Below, piece by piece: positions 50,989 through 64,000 of a DNA stretch of 64,000 nt. Made by a program: the position numbers and the translations under genes. This DNA comes from Trichinella spiralis. Lineage: Eukaryota. Positions within the stretch are counted from its first letter, which is position 1. Every line of letters begins with the position of its first letter. The notes beneath the pieces were generated by a model that did no database searches, was not told where the DNA came from, and saw only the letters and a program-made list of their open reading frames with translations. Location of the stretch: NCBI RefSeq assembly GCF_000181795.1, contig NW_003526945.1:5369306-5433305 (forward strand), in the 5' to 3' direction.

Positions 50989-53900
50989 TTATATTTATGA
51001 ATAAATAATACAGAATTTGGACAATTTTCATTACTGATACCTTCATTTGAAACTACGTGAAATGGTGGAAAAAGAAAACTTGATACTGCTATTGGAAATT
51101 ATTGAAAATTACTGAAAAGTGTAAAACAACAAGTCGGGAAAATATTCAAAAATTCAAAACAGACATTTTAACGTACGTAGAACAGTGGCTGTTCTTGTTG
51201 TTGCTGTTGTTAGTTGCAAAAACGTGATTCAGCTGTTACAGACGACGGTTAGCGTACGAGTAGAAGAATTCAATGGGAATTTAAATTTAAAAATACGATC
51301 AACATGCGGTTGCGAGAACATCTTCAGCCGCATACTGTATGTAAAATTCTAGGAGGAGGGAAGGAAAGAGGGGCGGGGCTGAGGGGGAGGGGAATGCGCT
51401 CGCCGAACGAACGTTGTTATCTCTTAATTAATTAGACGATTCGACAAAACGCACTGTCGCGTGGAATAATTTTGCAACGATATGAATCGATTGGCCAGAA
51501 TAAAATATTAAAATAATAAATTGAACAATAGGAACAGGTCGAATAGAAAAAAAAATGCTATCCATCAGCATCACAAGAGAACAAGTGTGTGTGTGTAGTT
51601 TTATGAAAAAAAAGGCTGTACCTTCAGTTTAGCGCTCAATTCTCGAGCTTTTTTCCTTGCCAAAACTTGAATATGCGAAGACACCTGTTTTCTTGTTCTC
51701 GTTTTGCCCGTACGCAGCTTGATGTACCGTGCGATGAGTTCATTTCGACCTGTACAAAGCAAAAATTTAAATTTAAAAAAAAGAAAGAAATTCAAATATT
51801 ACTACAACAACACCAACAATTACTACTACCACTCAATCCAAAGTAATAGAAACGTGTGATAAAAAAGCAATTGACTGACATCAACGATACATATCATTAT
51901 CATTATTATTAAATTCATTCAAACAATGACAATAAACGTTTGTAACAAAGGGCATATTTGAATTTCACGCGAAAAATCAAGTTCCAATATTGAAGGCGGT
52001 TTTTTTCGAAAAAAAATTTTTTTTCTTTGCATTTCTTACTGTAAAAAAACCGATGCGTGCAGTGGAATTTCAAGCACATTAGAATTTTTTCCATTTCATT
52101 CATTGTCAATTGTTGTTGTTTTTGGTTCTTGAATATTATTTTTTCTCTATCTCTTATTAATTTCACAATTTCGTGAAAAACAAAAAAGAAAAACCACCTA
52201 CAGTAATCGAATCGAAATGTATTATAATTTTTCGTTGAATTGTCAACAATAATTGATTGATAACTTTGAACGTAAAAAGCGATCCGTTTTATTACTTGAC
52301 AATGACCTGACAGTGAAAACAAGATGACACGTGGAAAAGATGTTTGTAAGGACAAATAGACGATTTCGATTGACAATAAATTAATGAATGATAAGATTGT
52401 AATAAAAGAGTAAATGAATGAATAAATAAATAAATAAGTTGTAAAGTAGAAAAAGTCTCAGATAAGAGTATGAATCACGCAACAACAATGAAGCAAGAAG
52501 TGATGGTTTGATTTAATTTTTTTTTTAAAAAAATACGATGCAATTTAAATTTGAACGATGAAATGTAAATTTGTTGTTGACGTCGTCAATAAAAATGTCC
52601 CATCATTGCCCCCGCCCCGTCGAGATGTTGAAAACAGAACGAAACAGTTGAATGAAGAAAATTTTCCATTTTTTACGAAGATTATCGTCGTCGTTCGTCA
52701 GTCAGATATTGTGAGAATTAATTTTACACTGTTGGATTAGAATTTGCTTTTTTTGCTGTTGAAAAGATGCAAATGTTGTACGTGTGCATTGATGGAGATT
52801 TTTCCAGATTCCCATTTCCACCAGGTACGGGATATTTGTCGTCAGCAGCAATAAAGAGTGAGTGGAGAGGGAAAAGAAAAGAAATGATGCGAGTGATTCA
52901 TCGAGTGAATTAAGCCCTCCGACCGTGAGCAGCTGGGTAAAGCTGAGGACGACCGGTGCAGAGTCGAGGTCAGAACGTCGACTTCACGTACACCTGGACA
53001 CCAGTATACGATGCCAAGGTCGAAATTAATCGCTACTGCAAACATGGCCGACCGCTTGGAATTGAACATTTCTGCAAGGAAAAACAAAAGAAACCAAAAA
53101 AAAAAACCACCCACCAACACTAGTCGAACGTCGTTGCGGAAACGTGTGGTATTTTCATTTTGTCTGAATACATTAACCAAATCACTTTTGTCATCAAAAA
53201 ATTTCCATACTCTCTACCAACGTACAGATCATAATAATAATAAGAATAAGAATAACAAATGGACAATAACAGAAGATGAAAAGAATGAATAATTTGGACT
53301 AGATTGTACAAATTGTGAGGATTCTTCTCCTCCAACTACATACAGTAAACAACAAAGCGATTGAACGCCACAACTAATAACAGTCAGTCATCGACCTTTT
53401 CACCCAGTCCACAGCAGACAACGCATATTAATAAACACTGATTTGGTAGTTGGAAAAGATTGAATCGAAAATTCAACGCGTCCCATTTTTGATTATCAAA
53501 AGAAAAAATTATCCATAATTTTATCGTCAGGATAAACCGCGGAAAAGAAAAAATAATTATGAGAAATAGAAGAGAGAATATTTTTCAATTGCAAATAAAA
53601 TTTGTTGTTAATTTTAAAAGAAAACTGTGAAATAAAATAACACTAATTTCCCCAGTATCTTGTCATTATTGTCTATTAATAAATGTAACAACATTTCAAC
53701 GACCACCCTCTGGGGAAGAAAATTACGAATCTCTGCGTGGGCGTATATTTATTTATTTGTTTATTTAAATGTTCCAATGTCACCTTTGATGTGGTGTGTC
53801 GAAGTGTTGAACAGGAACATTCGGTTGACCAAATTTTCATTTATGCAACATTTCGATAATTTATAGACTGCAGTAACAGGACAGTGAAAAGAAAATAAAA

Positions 53901-55388
53901 TCATTGAACGAAGACGAATATAAGAGAAAATTCGAATCACACATATGATAAATAATAGAATATCGGTGCAATTTAATACGACCAAATCGTTCGTATGTTG
54001 GTTGTTGTTGTTGTTGTTGAAAATCATTTCTTCTCCATTGTACAACAACAAATAATTCACAACTTTTTCACACGTCATAAATAATTTAAAACTTGACAAT
54101 AAGAAGAAATGTGAAAGAAGAAGATGTTCGTTTACTTTTCTTTTTGTGCTTTTAACTTTCCCACAAACTAATGTCCATTGTATGCGTGTGGTGGAAAAAT
54201 TCCAACGTGGATAAATTTGCATTTCTTTCAGTTTTTTTTTAAAAAAAATATTCTTTCATACTTGAATAAATCGACTGGAAAAGGAAGTAGAAATCAAAAA
54301 CAAATAAAAAAGTACAAAAAATTGTCTTTTCAAACTTCACATTCCAAATGTACATTTCCTTCGAGTAAACAACAGATGCTGACGATGATGACGGTGGACA
54401 GAAAATTACCGTCTTTTTCATTTTATACAAAATATTAAAACCAATCAATCTAAATAAATCATTACCCAATGTGAGCAGCAAAAAACAACAACAACACCCT
54501 CAGTCCGTCCTCAGTCTTTGTTTATGGTTTTTTTTCTTTAAAAAAATATCCAATTATAATTAATTGAATTGAAATTGGAAAAGATGTGAAAAATAGCAAC
54601 AGAAAACCGACCATCGCATGAATCATGAATAAAAATTATGACCTCAAGTTGAAGAACAAACGTGCCAACCTCTTGACCGCGAAACAGACAAGTAAAGTAA
54701 CAACAAGCCACCACCCCCTTTTTCCAAAAGCAACCGGTCGTCGCCGGTAGCTGCAAGCGGTTAAATTATATATCAGAAGAGATGATGAGTCAACTTTTGA
54801 AATTATCAGCAGAAAATTAACGAAAATAAAATTACAAAGAAAATATTATACAATCACCAACAATTGCGCGCACACACACACACACATACCGTACATTTTT
54901 CCTTCTTCGGATAGGATAATCTTACGTCGTCCGCATGGTGGATAAATGGCCAACGCTTCTTGAAACGACTGTTCAATATCCGGGGACCATACCCCTTCGG
55001 CGTCCGTAGCTGCGGGAGAAATGGAATCCGGCAAACCGACGCCGCCATTATTGTTCGTATTCGTATTGGTATTACCTGTACCGTCAGTGTTGTTGTTGGC
55101 GTTGGCGTTGGCGTTGGTGTTGGCGTTGCCGACGCCGGCCGTGGTAGAAATGATCGGATCCACGCGCGATCCGTTACCATTGACAGTAATACCACTGTGA
55201 CCGGATCCCTGAGAACCGTTGGACAGCGGACTGCTGTGGGATGTGGACCAGTCGGACGATTCGGCCGTGGACATTTTCGATTCAACAATCCCAGCGGAAT
55301 CTACGTCGACTCGAGTAGCCGAAGCGTACAGGGGGTTGTTATCGCGTTTTCCACCGCGACCATCTGCCTTCACCAGTGCAGCATTCAT
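49113..55388 (-). CDS. egl-44: TEAD/Scalloped (TEF-1, EGL-44-like) transcription factor, 8 coding exons
   Basis: Exons 55388-54890, 51749-51622, 50567-50158, 50093-49985, 49916-49750, 49660-49579, 49503-49351, 49229-49113. TEA domain [18 protein letters not shown]...[32 protein letters not shown]-binding domain [42 protein letters not shown]. The true start may lie in an upstream exon. Confidence 0.95.
50949..50982. repeat. (AT)n microsatellite in TEAD intron
   Basis: Directly visible. Confidence 0.9.
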
Positions 55389-55791
55389 GAAATCTGAAAT
55401 AAAAAGTGGAAAAAATTATTAGAAAAAATTTATATATATATATAGATAATCCAAAGAAAAATAACTTTTGACAACTGCACTACATCACAATGGAAAAACA
55501 GGGGGAGAGAGACAGAGAATAAATAGAAATGAAGATTTGGAAAAGAAGAAAAAGAAGAGCAATGGCAGCAACAGCAACAGCAGCAGCACCAGGTAACAGT
55601 AGACAAGAGACAGACAGTAAATGAAAAAGAGTAAAGATGAAGCGGAGAAAAGTAGAGTGCGACCAGTGCGTTCAGAGCAAACAAAAAACCAAAAAAGCGG
55701 TCAGCCGCGAAGTAAACACGCAAAAACCACCAAAGGCAAAAAAACAAAGAGAATATTATTCCAATATACAGCAGATGATCTGGTGGCAGTA

Positions 55792-55834
55792 ATGATGATG
55801 ATGATGGTGGTGGTGGTGGTGGTGGTGGTGGTGG
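55792..55834. repeat. (ATG)n(GTG)n microsatellite
   Basis: Directly visible. Confidence 0.85.
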
Positions 55835-56009
55835 CATTTGGGAATGGGTAGAGGGAGGGGCAGGATAGGATCCCGCTGTATGACACCGTCGTACGCGCAA
55901 GAAACGCGGGAGTGGCCGAAATGTCGGCATCTTGTCTCACCCAAGACCAACCGGATTCGATTTAATCGAACCAACGTGGCAACATCAGCAACCTGTGGAA
56001 ACTGGTTGC

Positions 56010-56010
<1 letters not shown>

Positions 56011-56040
<30 letters not shown>

Positions 56041-56076
56041 ATGAATGAATGAATGAATGAATAAATGAATGAATGA
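56011..56076. repeat. (CAT)n followed by (GAAT)n microsatellite
   Basis: Directly visible. Confidence 0.9.
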
Positions 56077-59000
56077 AGTTACACCCATCTACTACAACCT
56101 GCGCTATTACGACAAAACAGAAGCAGCAACAACAAATCAACCGTAAACGATGGCAGAAAATTTAAACAAAAAAAAAACTGATAAAAAGAAAATTTTCCAC
56201 CTCATCATTATCCATCCGAACACCGCGAACAATCCAAATCTTTCTTTACATATTGAACGCGGCAAGGCCACAAAGCGCCAGATTAAACATTTGTGTACAC
56301 GACACAAAGACAACTGGACACAACGCAAACAGGACAAACAAAACAGTAATAAATTTAAATATTCTTTCTTCTTCAATCTACCAATCATACACGTAATAAT
56401 TCAATACATCAAATGTATATGTAGACGGACAATTTTCCCCATTCGCTCTCTCCCTCCCTCTGTGTGTGTGTGTATCAAAAAGCATAAAAAAACACATCAC
56501 AACAATCCAATTGACTATTGCACTTCCTACCTATTAAAATATTGTCAACAACAACAACAACAAAGGGCGTGAAAAAAAAGCACAAACAAAACAAAATGCC
56601 AACTACAAGAGCGAAAAAAAACACATCACAACCGCACACCAACGCGTCGATTTTACGGCAAATGTCAACAGCATATTTTCCATCTTTACCTTTTTATTTT
56701 AAATTTCTTTTGCAAATTCGAATTCAAACAACAAAATCTGATAGCTGTACAACTTTTTCAAATCAACAACAACAACAACAATACTTACTTACACTGATTG
56801 GTTGATTGATGGTTTGGTGAAATTTGAAAATATAAAATTGTCTAATGTATGAGCAGTGGTTCATTTTGTTATTTATTAAACTAATAAAAAAAAAATAATG
56901 ATAATGCACGTGTGAAACTGTGATGACGTCAAAAGACACCGTCGAAAAGTTGTAATAAGAATATAAAAATTTCCCATTTTTCAATTCATTATCAAAAACA
57001 ACTTGCTACTTTTGCAAACAAAATAAAAAATTGTTGTAATTATCTTATCTTATCTTTTGCTTGTTTACGTGACGCCGAAAATTTTGAACAAAAACTCTTT
57101 TCCAATCGAATGGCAGAAATTGCAAACTTTTATCGACGACAAAATCAATTCATACCAAAATAAATAAATACCTTTGTGGTGGAATTTGGGATAAATTTAC
57201 ATTTGAAACGAACAATCAATCTCAGTGTGCACGTCTCAACAGTGTGCGCTTCGTTTTCAATAAATAATAATAATAATAATCCGGTCAGATTTTCATTCGC
57301 TAATTTGTATTATACGCGAACAGATTCGTCGGCAAGCCAGATAACGCGCGCTGTCATGTTGTACATGCCTCGTGCGATAAGCACGCCTTGAGCAATACAA
57401 CATTCCTTAATTCAACTTGAACAATTAATTAATTAATACAAATAAACTTGATAAATATCATCAATTTTTATCGATACAATTTAGTTGATAAAATAATAAT
57501 AAATCGTCAATTCCGATGATATTCTTCAACAATCACAAACAAACGCGTTACTCGATGATAAAAATTCAAATTCCAATACAAGCAAAACTAGAATAATAAT
57601 AATAATACGAAAAGACGATTTGTTGTCAGTGGTTTTTTTTTCTTTGATCAAGTATCAAATTGCTACAGTATGCAAGTAATCTGTTGTTATTGAAGTTTTT
57701 TTTCTTTTCAAAACTTTTGTTGCAAATATGATAATTTTTTTTCCAAAGCGAAAAAAAAAATAAGCCAATCAACGAACGACTGTTGAATGAATGGGGGGAT
57801 GGTGGATGATGGTCAAAATTTTCCCCGTTGATTTTTTCCTGCTCGCTGGTCGACCGTTTCGGAAAGACAAATCGTAGCGCGGTTGAGAAAAAGTCGAACA
57901 GAAGAAATGTTTGCCCTGCCTGAGACGAGCACGGGTCAATTTGCTGTCGTCAAATAAATAAACAAAGCTCAACTGTACGTCGTCTCTAGCTCACCTGGCA
58001 TCTGGTGGAAATCATCTCAAAAATGCTAATAAATTTGAACAAACAAACAAACAAACAAACAAACAAAAATTGAATATACAACAGAAAGCAAAACGGTAAT
58101 TTTTCTACATTCGTCACTGTATGCAAAGAGCAAAAAAACACAAGCATCTCTCTCTCTCTCTCTGAAAAGTAAACAAACCCACACGACCAACAAGCTCCTT
58201 GTGACGTCTTTGATGTAAAGTGATGGTGCTGGTCTGGGAGCAATTAAAATTTCCAACCTCGTTCGTGTGTTATATAAACCGATTTAAACAAAAATTACAA
58301 ATATCATCAACCCGTAAACTACCACTATATCTATCAGTATCATGTGTCCATGTAGAAACACAACTTTTCTGCAAAGTGTACTGCAAAAAATCTGAAAATT
58401 CAACTGTCAACATTCAAAATTTCATTGTCCACAATGACGACTATGATGAATGAATTCAAATGAAAATCTCTCCACGAGCACTTGCAAAACAACAACCACA
58501 ACAACGGCTACGTCGATGGTATTTATTATTGCAACTGGGCAAAAGTGATTGTCATCGATCATTACACGTGTTCAGGTAATTTATATTTATACCGAACGGA
58601 AAATATTCCAGAAGCGAAGAAACTGAAGCTACCGGTTAATATAAAAATTTGCATACCTCCTCTTCACCAGCTTATTATTCTTATCAGTTGGATTTGTCGC
58701 AAATCGAGAACAACAACATGAACGTCGTCAACGATACATATATATTTTCATTATCTAACAAACAAGCCATCGCATGTCAGTCTTGCACATTGCACAATAA
58801 TTATTTCGAAAACTTTTCATATTATAGCAACTGGCGGCGTAATAAAATTTGTCTCCAAGTGTGGTAAATCGATCAGAATTCCAAAATAAAATTTCCACAC
58901 AGTACACTACTGCAACTTATACTGTTGCTGTTCATATTTACAAGTATAGTTGAGACGAAGAAAAGAGAAAGAGAAAAATAGGAGGGAGAGAGATGGGGGG

Positions 59001-59823
59001 GGGGAGGGGGGGGAAGGGAAAGGTTGTTTGAAAATATTCATCAATTAAAGTAGTATTTTTTTGTTTTGTTTCGTTTCAAATGTAAAATTAAAATTTGCCC
59101 ATACAAATGGCAATTGTAAATAATAGAATGATAATAGTCGATTGCCGGGCAAAGGTAGAAGAAAGTAAGATGGATGAAAGAGGCATTTCGCGTGGGCAGA
59201 AAAAGCTGGAAAATTACTTTTCATATCATTCCCCTTTGGGCATTGAACAAATTAAATTAAAAATCACTGTGAAACTTGTGCATTTGCTTGGTGATGATTT
59301 CGAAAAAATCGACCCACTTGTTTATTATTCCATTCTGCAACACTTTACTTGAATTCACGAAAAGCATTACAAACAAACAAAACAAAAAAAAATATTAATA
59401 ATACAGAAAAATGAAGAAGAAAAAATTTCACATCTCAAAAAAAAGTTGTGTTTTTTAAATTTCCACAGACAAGAAAAACTTCTTCTCCTCCTCCCAGTGG
59501 GCAAATGGGATTGGGAAATATAATATGTATATATTCTCTGTGTAGCTTGTGCGCCTCTGGCGGAGGTGAATTAATTGATGAAATGCTTAACACGTGCTGT
59601 GAGACGTCAAGATTCTTTTGAAAGCGGTCATGAATTGGAGGAGAAACATTTCAACGCTTGCATATTTGCTTGGCACACACGAATAGCCAGAAGAAGAAAA
59701 TCAGTTATCCGTAGAGAAGCGAAAGAAAACGAAAGACAGAAAGAGAAGAGAAAGTTGATGAAGCATCAAACCGCTGCTGCTGCTACTCTTGCTACATATT
59801 ATTACTATTATTTCCAGCTACTT

Positions 59824-59882
59824 ACTGCTGCTGCTGCTGCTGCTGCTGATACTACTATTACTCCTACTCCTACTCCTACTCC

Positions 59883-59918
<36 letters not shown>

Positions 59919-59966
59919 CACCACCACCACCACTACCACCACCACTATTATTATTACTATTACTAG
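59824..59966. repeat. Compound microsatellite (CTG)(CTA)(CTCCTA)(CTA)(CCA)(TTA)
   Basis: Directly visible. Confidence 0.9.
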
Positions 59967-62900
59967 CTAATAAATATTCGGCCAGATTACCTGCTTCGAA
60001 TGCTGATTAGAGTGTTAAAAAAGGATATACTTTTTTGTTGATTAACTTTTTTCACACAACAACAATTTTGAAGAATAAAAAAAAATAAAAAATTGTCCAC
60101 CTACTGTTCATTGAAATCTGTCGATCGTCGTCGAACAGTACAGACCACATGTCCGTAATTGGAAAGGTGGAGGCGGGGGTAAAGGGATAAATTGCAAACA
60201 AACAAACAAACAAACAAAAAAATTTTTTTTTCACTGGTCACTTCAGTTGTTGTTTGTTGTCGTCACGAACAAGCAGATCAAAATAATAAACTGAACCGAG
60301 CAAGCTGTAGGCGAAAAAATTGAAGAGATGCGAAACGAAGCCGTAAAGTCGAGAAACGATACATACACTGGCAGTGGCCGAGAGAAATTTTCTATTCGAT
60401 CAACTCAGTTTCGCAGATGGCGCCTGCTGCACCTATACAAAAGGGCCTGACTGCGCCCAACCAACGGCCAGCGAGCAAGTCAGCCAGTCACCAGTCAGCC
60501 AGTTAGCCAGTTAGCTAGTTGTTTATTTTTCTTTTTTATTTTACTTTTGATTGACCAATAAACAAAACAAAACAAAAAATAATAAAAAGTTAACTACGAA
60601 AAAAAACAAACAAACAACCATCATCACTCGTCACAAATTTTCCATTCTTCATTCACAACACAACACGAAATTATACATCTCAGAAGACGAAGACGTGATT
60701 CACAGGAGGGGGAATGGGGAAAGTGAACAAGAGAACGAAAGAAAAATTAATAAAAGAAAGAAAGAAAGAAAATATACATTTTTTCTCATTCATCCATTTG
60801 TGAACAGTTGTTCGATGTTTTAAATCATTGAAAAGCACGTCCGCTTTTCAATCTCCTGCTCACTGGACCGTAACATTCATTGCATCCCTCTAGCAGCATT
60901 CTAATGTCCCACTGAAGTACAATCGGTTGCTTTCAAAAATTTTTAATAAATAAATATGCTATTCAAATTTATATATATATACATACATATACAGTGGAAA
61001 ATACATCTTCCCTGTGACCCAATTAATTAATATTAATTACGTCAACATGATCAAGGAAAAAATTATTCACAACTGAATAAATAAATAACTGAAATAGAAA
61101 AAAGAACAGCGTTCTTGATATGAAATTATCAAAGATAAATGACAGTTGGCAAAAGTGTAATAGATGTATGTGCCCACTATACAGTACGGATAATGTGAAA
61201 AGAAAAATTTTTTGTACGCAAATCGAACTTCAATGACGACGAGTTGTTAGCATTTCGCCTGCTCTCGAGTAGGGCATTACGTTCATAAAATGGCAAAACT
61301 GCAACAACAACAACAACAACAACAATCTACCAAAAATTTCCCAATTTTTTTTCTTGAAAACAAAAATAACACGTCAAATACTTGATTGTAAAATGTTGAT
61401 TTGTATTTCATCATTTGGAAAAAGTTTGAATTCGAACAGATCAATTTGAAGATAAAAATTTTACCAATTGATAATTAAAAATGTTGCAATTGTGAAATTG
61501 AATAAAAAGAAATAAAAACACAGCCGCGTTCGTGCAAAAGGGGATACCTGTCATGTGTAAAAAGCTGCATTGCTAAAACGAAACATCTCACCAACCGACC
61601 GACCGACCGATACATTCTTCTCCACTGCGACTGAAACGTCACCAACAAACTTCCTGGATTCACTTCTTTTTTTTCCACTCGCACTTTATTCTATGCAAAA
61701 TTAAATCCGAAAACCCCTCAAGAAAGAAAATCTATCCGTTTATTTAAATATTCATCCAGAAAACTTAATGAATAATAATAATGTTGTTGTAAAAGTTCCT
61801 TCAAATTTATGTACAATTGTAAGTAATATTTGCACAGAAAATAAAAACTATCCGAATGTATTAAAATATTAAAAAATTCAATTAAAAAAAAAATTGTTTT
61901 TTTCAACAGAATAGAAACAATTCACCTCTGACACGATGGCAATGATTTCAGATGATGATGATGAAGTTTTTTCGAAAAAAAGAAAAAGAAAAAAGCCAAC
62001 CAAACCCGACCCGAGTGCAAACAAAATTCAGTTCGCCATTCAGTTGCTTGATGTACCAATCGACCACGTGACTATTCACCGTCACAATAAACAAGATAAT
62101 TGAAAATCAAATCCATCGTGAAGAAGAAAAGAAAGAGAAAGAAAAAAAACTATATTTATTTTTTCAAAATTAAACAATGCTAATGTGAATCATAAAAGTT
62201 GTCTCGTAAAAAGTTGTCATTTTTATGAAATGAAGTAAAATTTTTTTAAACAGAATATCAATGATATATTCATTTCTCTTTCTACCATTTGAATAGGTAG
62301 ACTATTTTGCATTACAAAGACAAACACTGATTGTAAATCAGTGAAAAATCAACAATTATTTGAATAAAAACAACAAATTTACATATATGTATATTATTGT
62401 ATAAAATAAATTGAATAGGGAAAATAATATTAAAAAAAAGTAAGCCATTCAAGAATACCTATGACTGTTGTTGATCTATTGAAAAGCGCTCGTTGGAAAA
62501 AAAATTCAAAGATTTATATAAGAAAATTCTATTGTATGAATAGGGGAAAAAGTCAATGGATTATATTTTTATTCGTTCTTCAATTTAACAGTGTTTTAAA
62601 GGGGTTTTTTTTGTGTTTGTTCGACAATGAAATTATTCAAGAACCTTTTTGAGCTGCTTTGCAGTTTGAAATGACAAAAACTGCTCCAAGTCAAAGCGTA
62701 GAATTTTCTAAAAAGTCTTCTCTGTTAAATAGAAGAATTGCACGTTGTGAAAATCCCCCAAGGCAAAAATTTAATGCATCGACAGCATTTTTCAAAGCTT
62801 CTGAAATATATTTTTATGCATAAATCACGCCAGGCAAATTTGAAGCAGCAGCAGCAGCTTTGTCACTACACTACTAGCTAGAAAAGGTTCAAAATTTCCC

Positions 62901-64000
62901 ATATTCTAAAATCAGGGAACCAGAAAGCACAAGTTGACTAAATTCTGATAGCTTAATATCTGATTGAATTAAAATACGCACGCACACACACACACACACT
63001 AATACAATTGCACATTATGCGTCAGCTGATGTTGAGCTTCAGTGAAAAGTTATACGAGATGCTAATAATGCTGCTTAGTCCAATGTTTAGCAAACACTAA
63101 CAGCCTATAAAAGATGTTGCTTCTCAACTGACTTGAAGAGAAATGAATATTTTTATTTTCATTTTTTTGTATTGAAATATCTATTTATCAGTATTTGTCA
63201 CGCAAAAGAAGCCAAGCTAACAAGTCAACAATATTATTCTATAAGAATGAAAGTGATTTCTTTTATAAAAGAAATTAAAAAAACCCCCAAAATATTAACC
63301 GACTAAATCGGATTTGATAACAAAAAAAAGTCACAAATTACAAACAACAAATAAAGTAAACCAGTAGAAAAAATATAAAAGCAATTTTGAGCTCTGAAAA
63401 TGCAAATAAAATTGCAATAATTTATTAAAATAATCTAATTATTAAAAAACTGAAATCAATTAATTAATTAAAATACAAACAAATGAAAGGATATTAAAAT
63501 ATTAAGTTGGAAAAAATTGAACTAATTCAACAATTGCAAATACACTGACTACTTCACCGTGTGGACTTGCTTGCTGTGCTTGAAGTCTATAACAGCGGCT
63601 AGTTGAAGTTCCGGTTCACGCAGGCCGGTTCATTTTCAAAGACTGGAAAGAATCAGTTGTGAATGCAAATACAAATAGCAAAAAGTATGTTTAGGAAAAT
63701 TTTTCTTGTTCTTCTTGGTGTTCAATAGCCAAGAGAAAATTTGAAATTCAAAGTGATTTATGCAAATTATTCGTGGTGACCAATAATATATAAATTTATT
63801 TATTTACTATTCTATAATCTAAATCGAAATGCAATCTTTTTTCGCGGTGGAATTATTTGTTCACTAAAACCAACACACGTTTGGCTATTGGGAATGAAAT
63901 ATGCGCATCAATTTCTACCCAATCATTGGTGGAGGTGAATTATTTTTCTCTTTTTTTTCAAAACGACAAAACAAGCACCAAGTGGAAAATTCAATTTCGA

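Noticed and set aside
55430..55990. 166-aa Pro/Cys-rich ORF upstream of TEAD
   Set aside because: Mostly translation of microsatellites and a pyrimidine-rich intron. No convincing splice donor links it to TEAD, although an upstream exon cannot be excluded.
42900..57410. Scattered GGAATG/CATTCC TEAD motifs around hh and TEAD
   Set aside because: A hexamer is expected many times by chance in 64 kb and I saw no clear clustering.
48748..59966. Similar compound microsatellites in inverted orientation flanking TEAD
   Set aside because: Low-complexity similarity only, with no unique flanking homology, so not element termini.
59575..60010. Poly-Thr/poly-Leu ORFs
   Set aside because: Translations of a compound trinucleotide microsatellite.
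1..64000. CRISPR arrays, rRNA, tRNA or prokaryotic systems
   Set aside because: None seen. The sequence is intron-containing eukaryotic DNA, and its repeats are microsatellites or simple duplications.

Overview
Eukaryotic, AT-rich genomic DNA with many short (about 55-100 nt) spliceosomal introns. It is most consistent with a clade I nematode such as Trichinella; this is an inference from intron sizes, transposon relics I recognise, and a bona fide hedgehog gene. Spliced gene models built by hand: ACOT8/TesB acyl-CoA thioesterase (+), a divergent FPP-synthase-like prenyltransferase (-), WAVE/SCAR (-), an ING-family PHD protein (-), an F-box/LRR protein (+), a complete hedgehog (Hedge+Hog, -) and TEAD/Scalloped (-). 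Single-exon genes: an intronless STAR/KH (Quaking/GLD-1-like) gene (+) and a 76-aa single-TM ORF present in both copies of a recent 1.7-kb duplication. AT-rich blocks (about 1-17 kb and 27.6-36.8 kb) hold hAT, FLYWCH/MULE-like and gag-like relics. Main observations: (1) Hedgehog departs from canonical Hh at several catalytic and receptor-binding positions, including an intein-like Asn in place of the conserved Hint-terminal Cys. (2) ACOT8 lacks a PTS1 and has a mitochondrial-presequence-like N-terminus. (3) The FPPS-like enzyme has altered chain-length, second-Asp-motif and C-terminal residues. (4) Two introns need GC donors. All alignments were made by eye against remembered family consensus; no database search was run.
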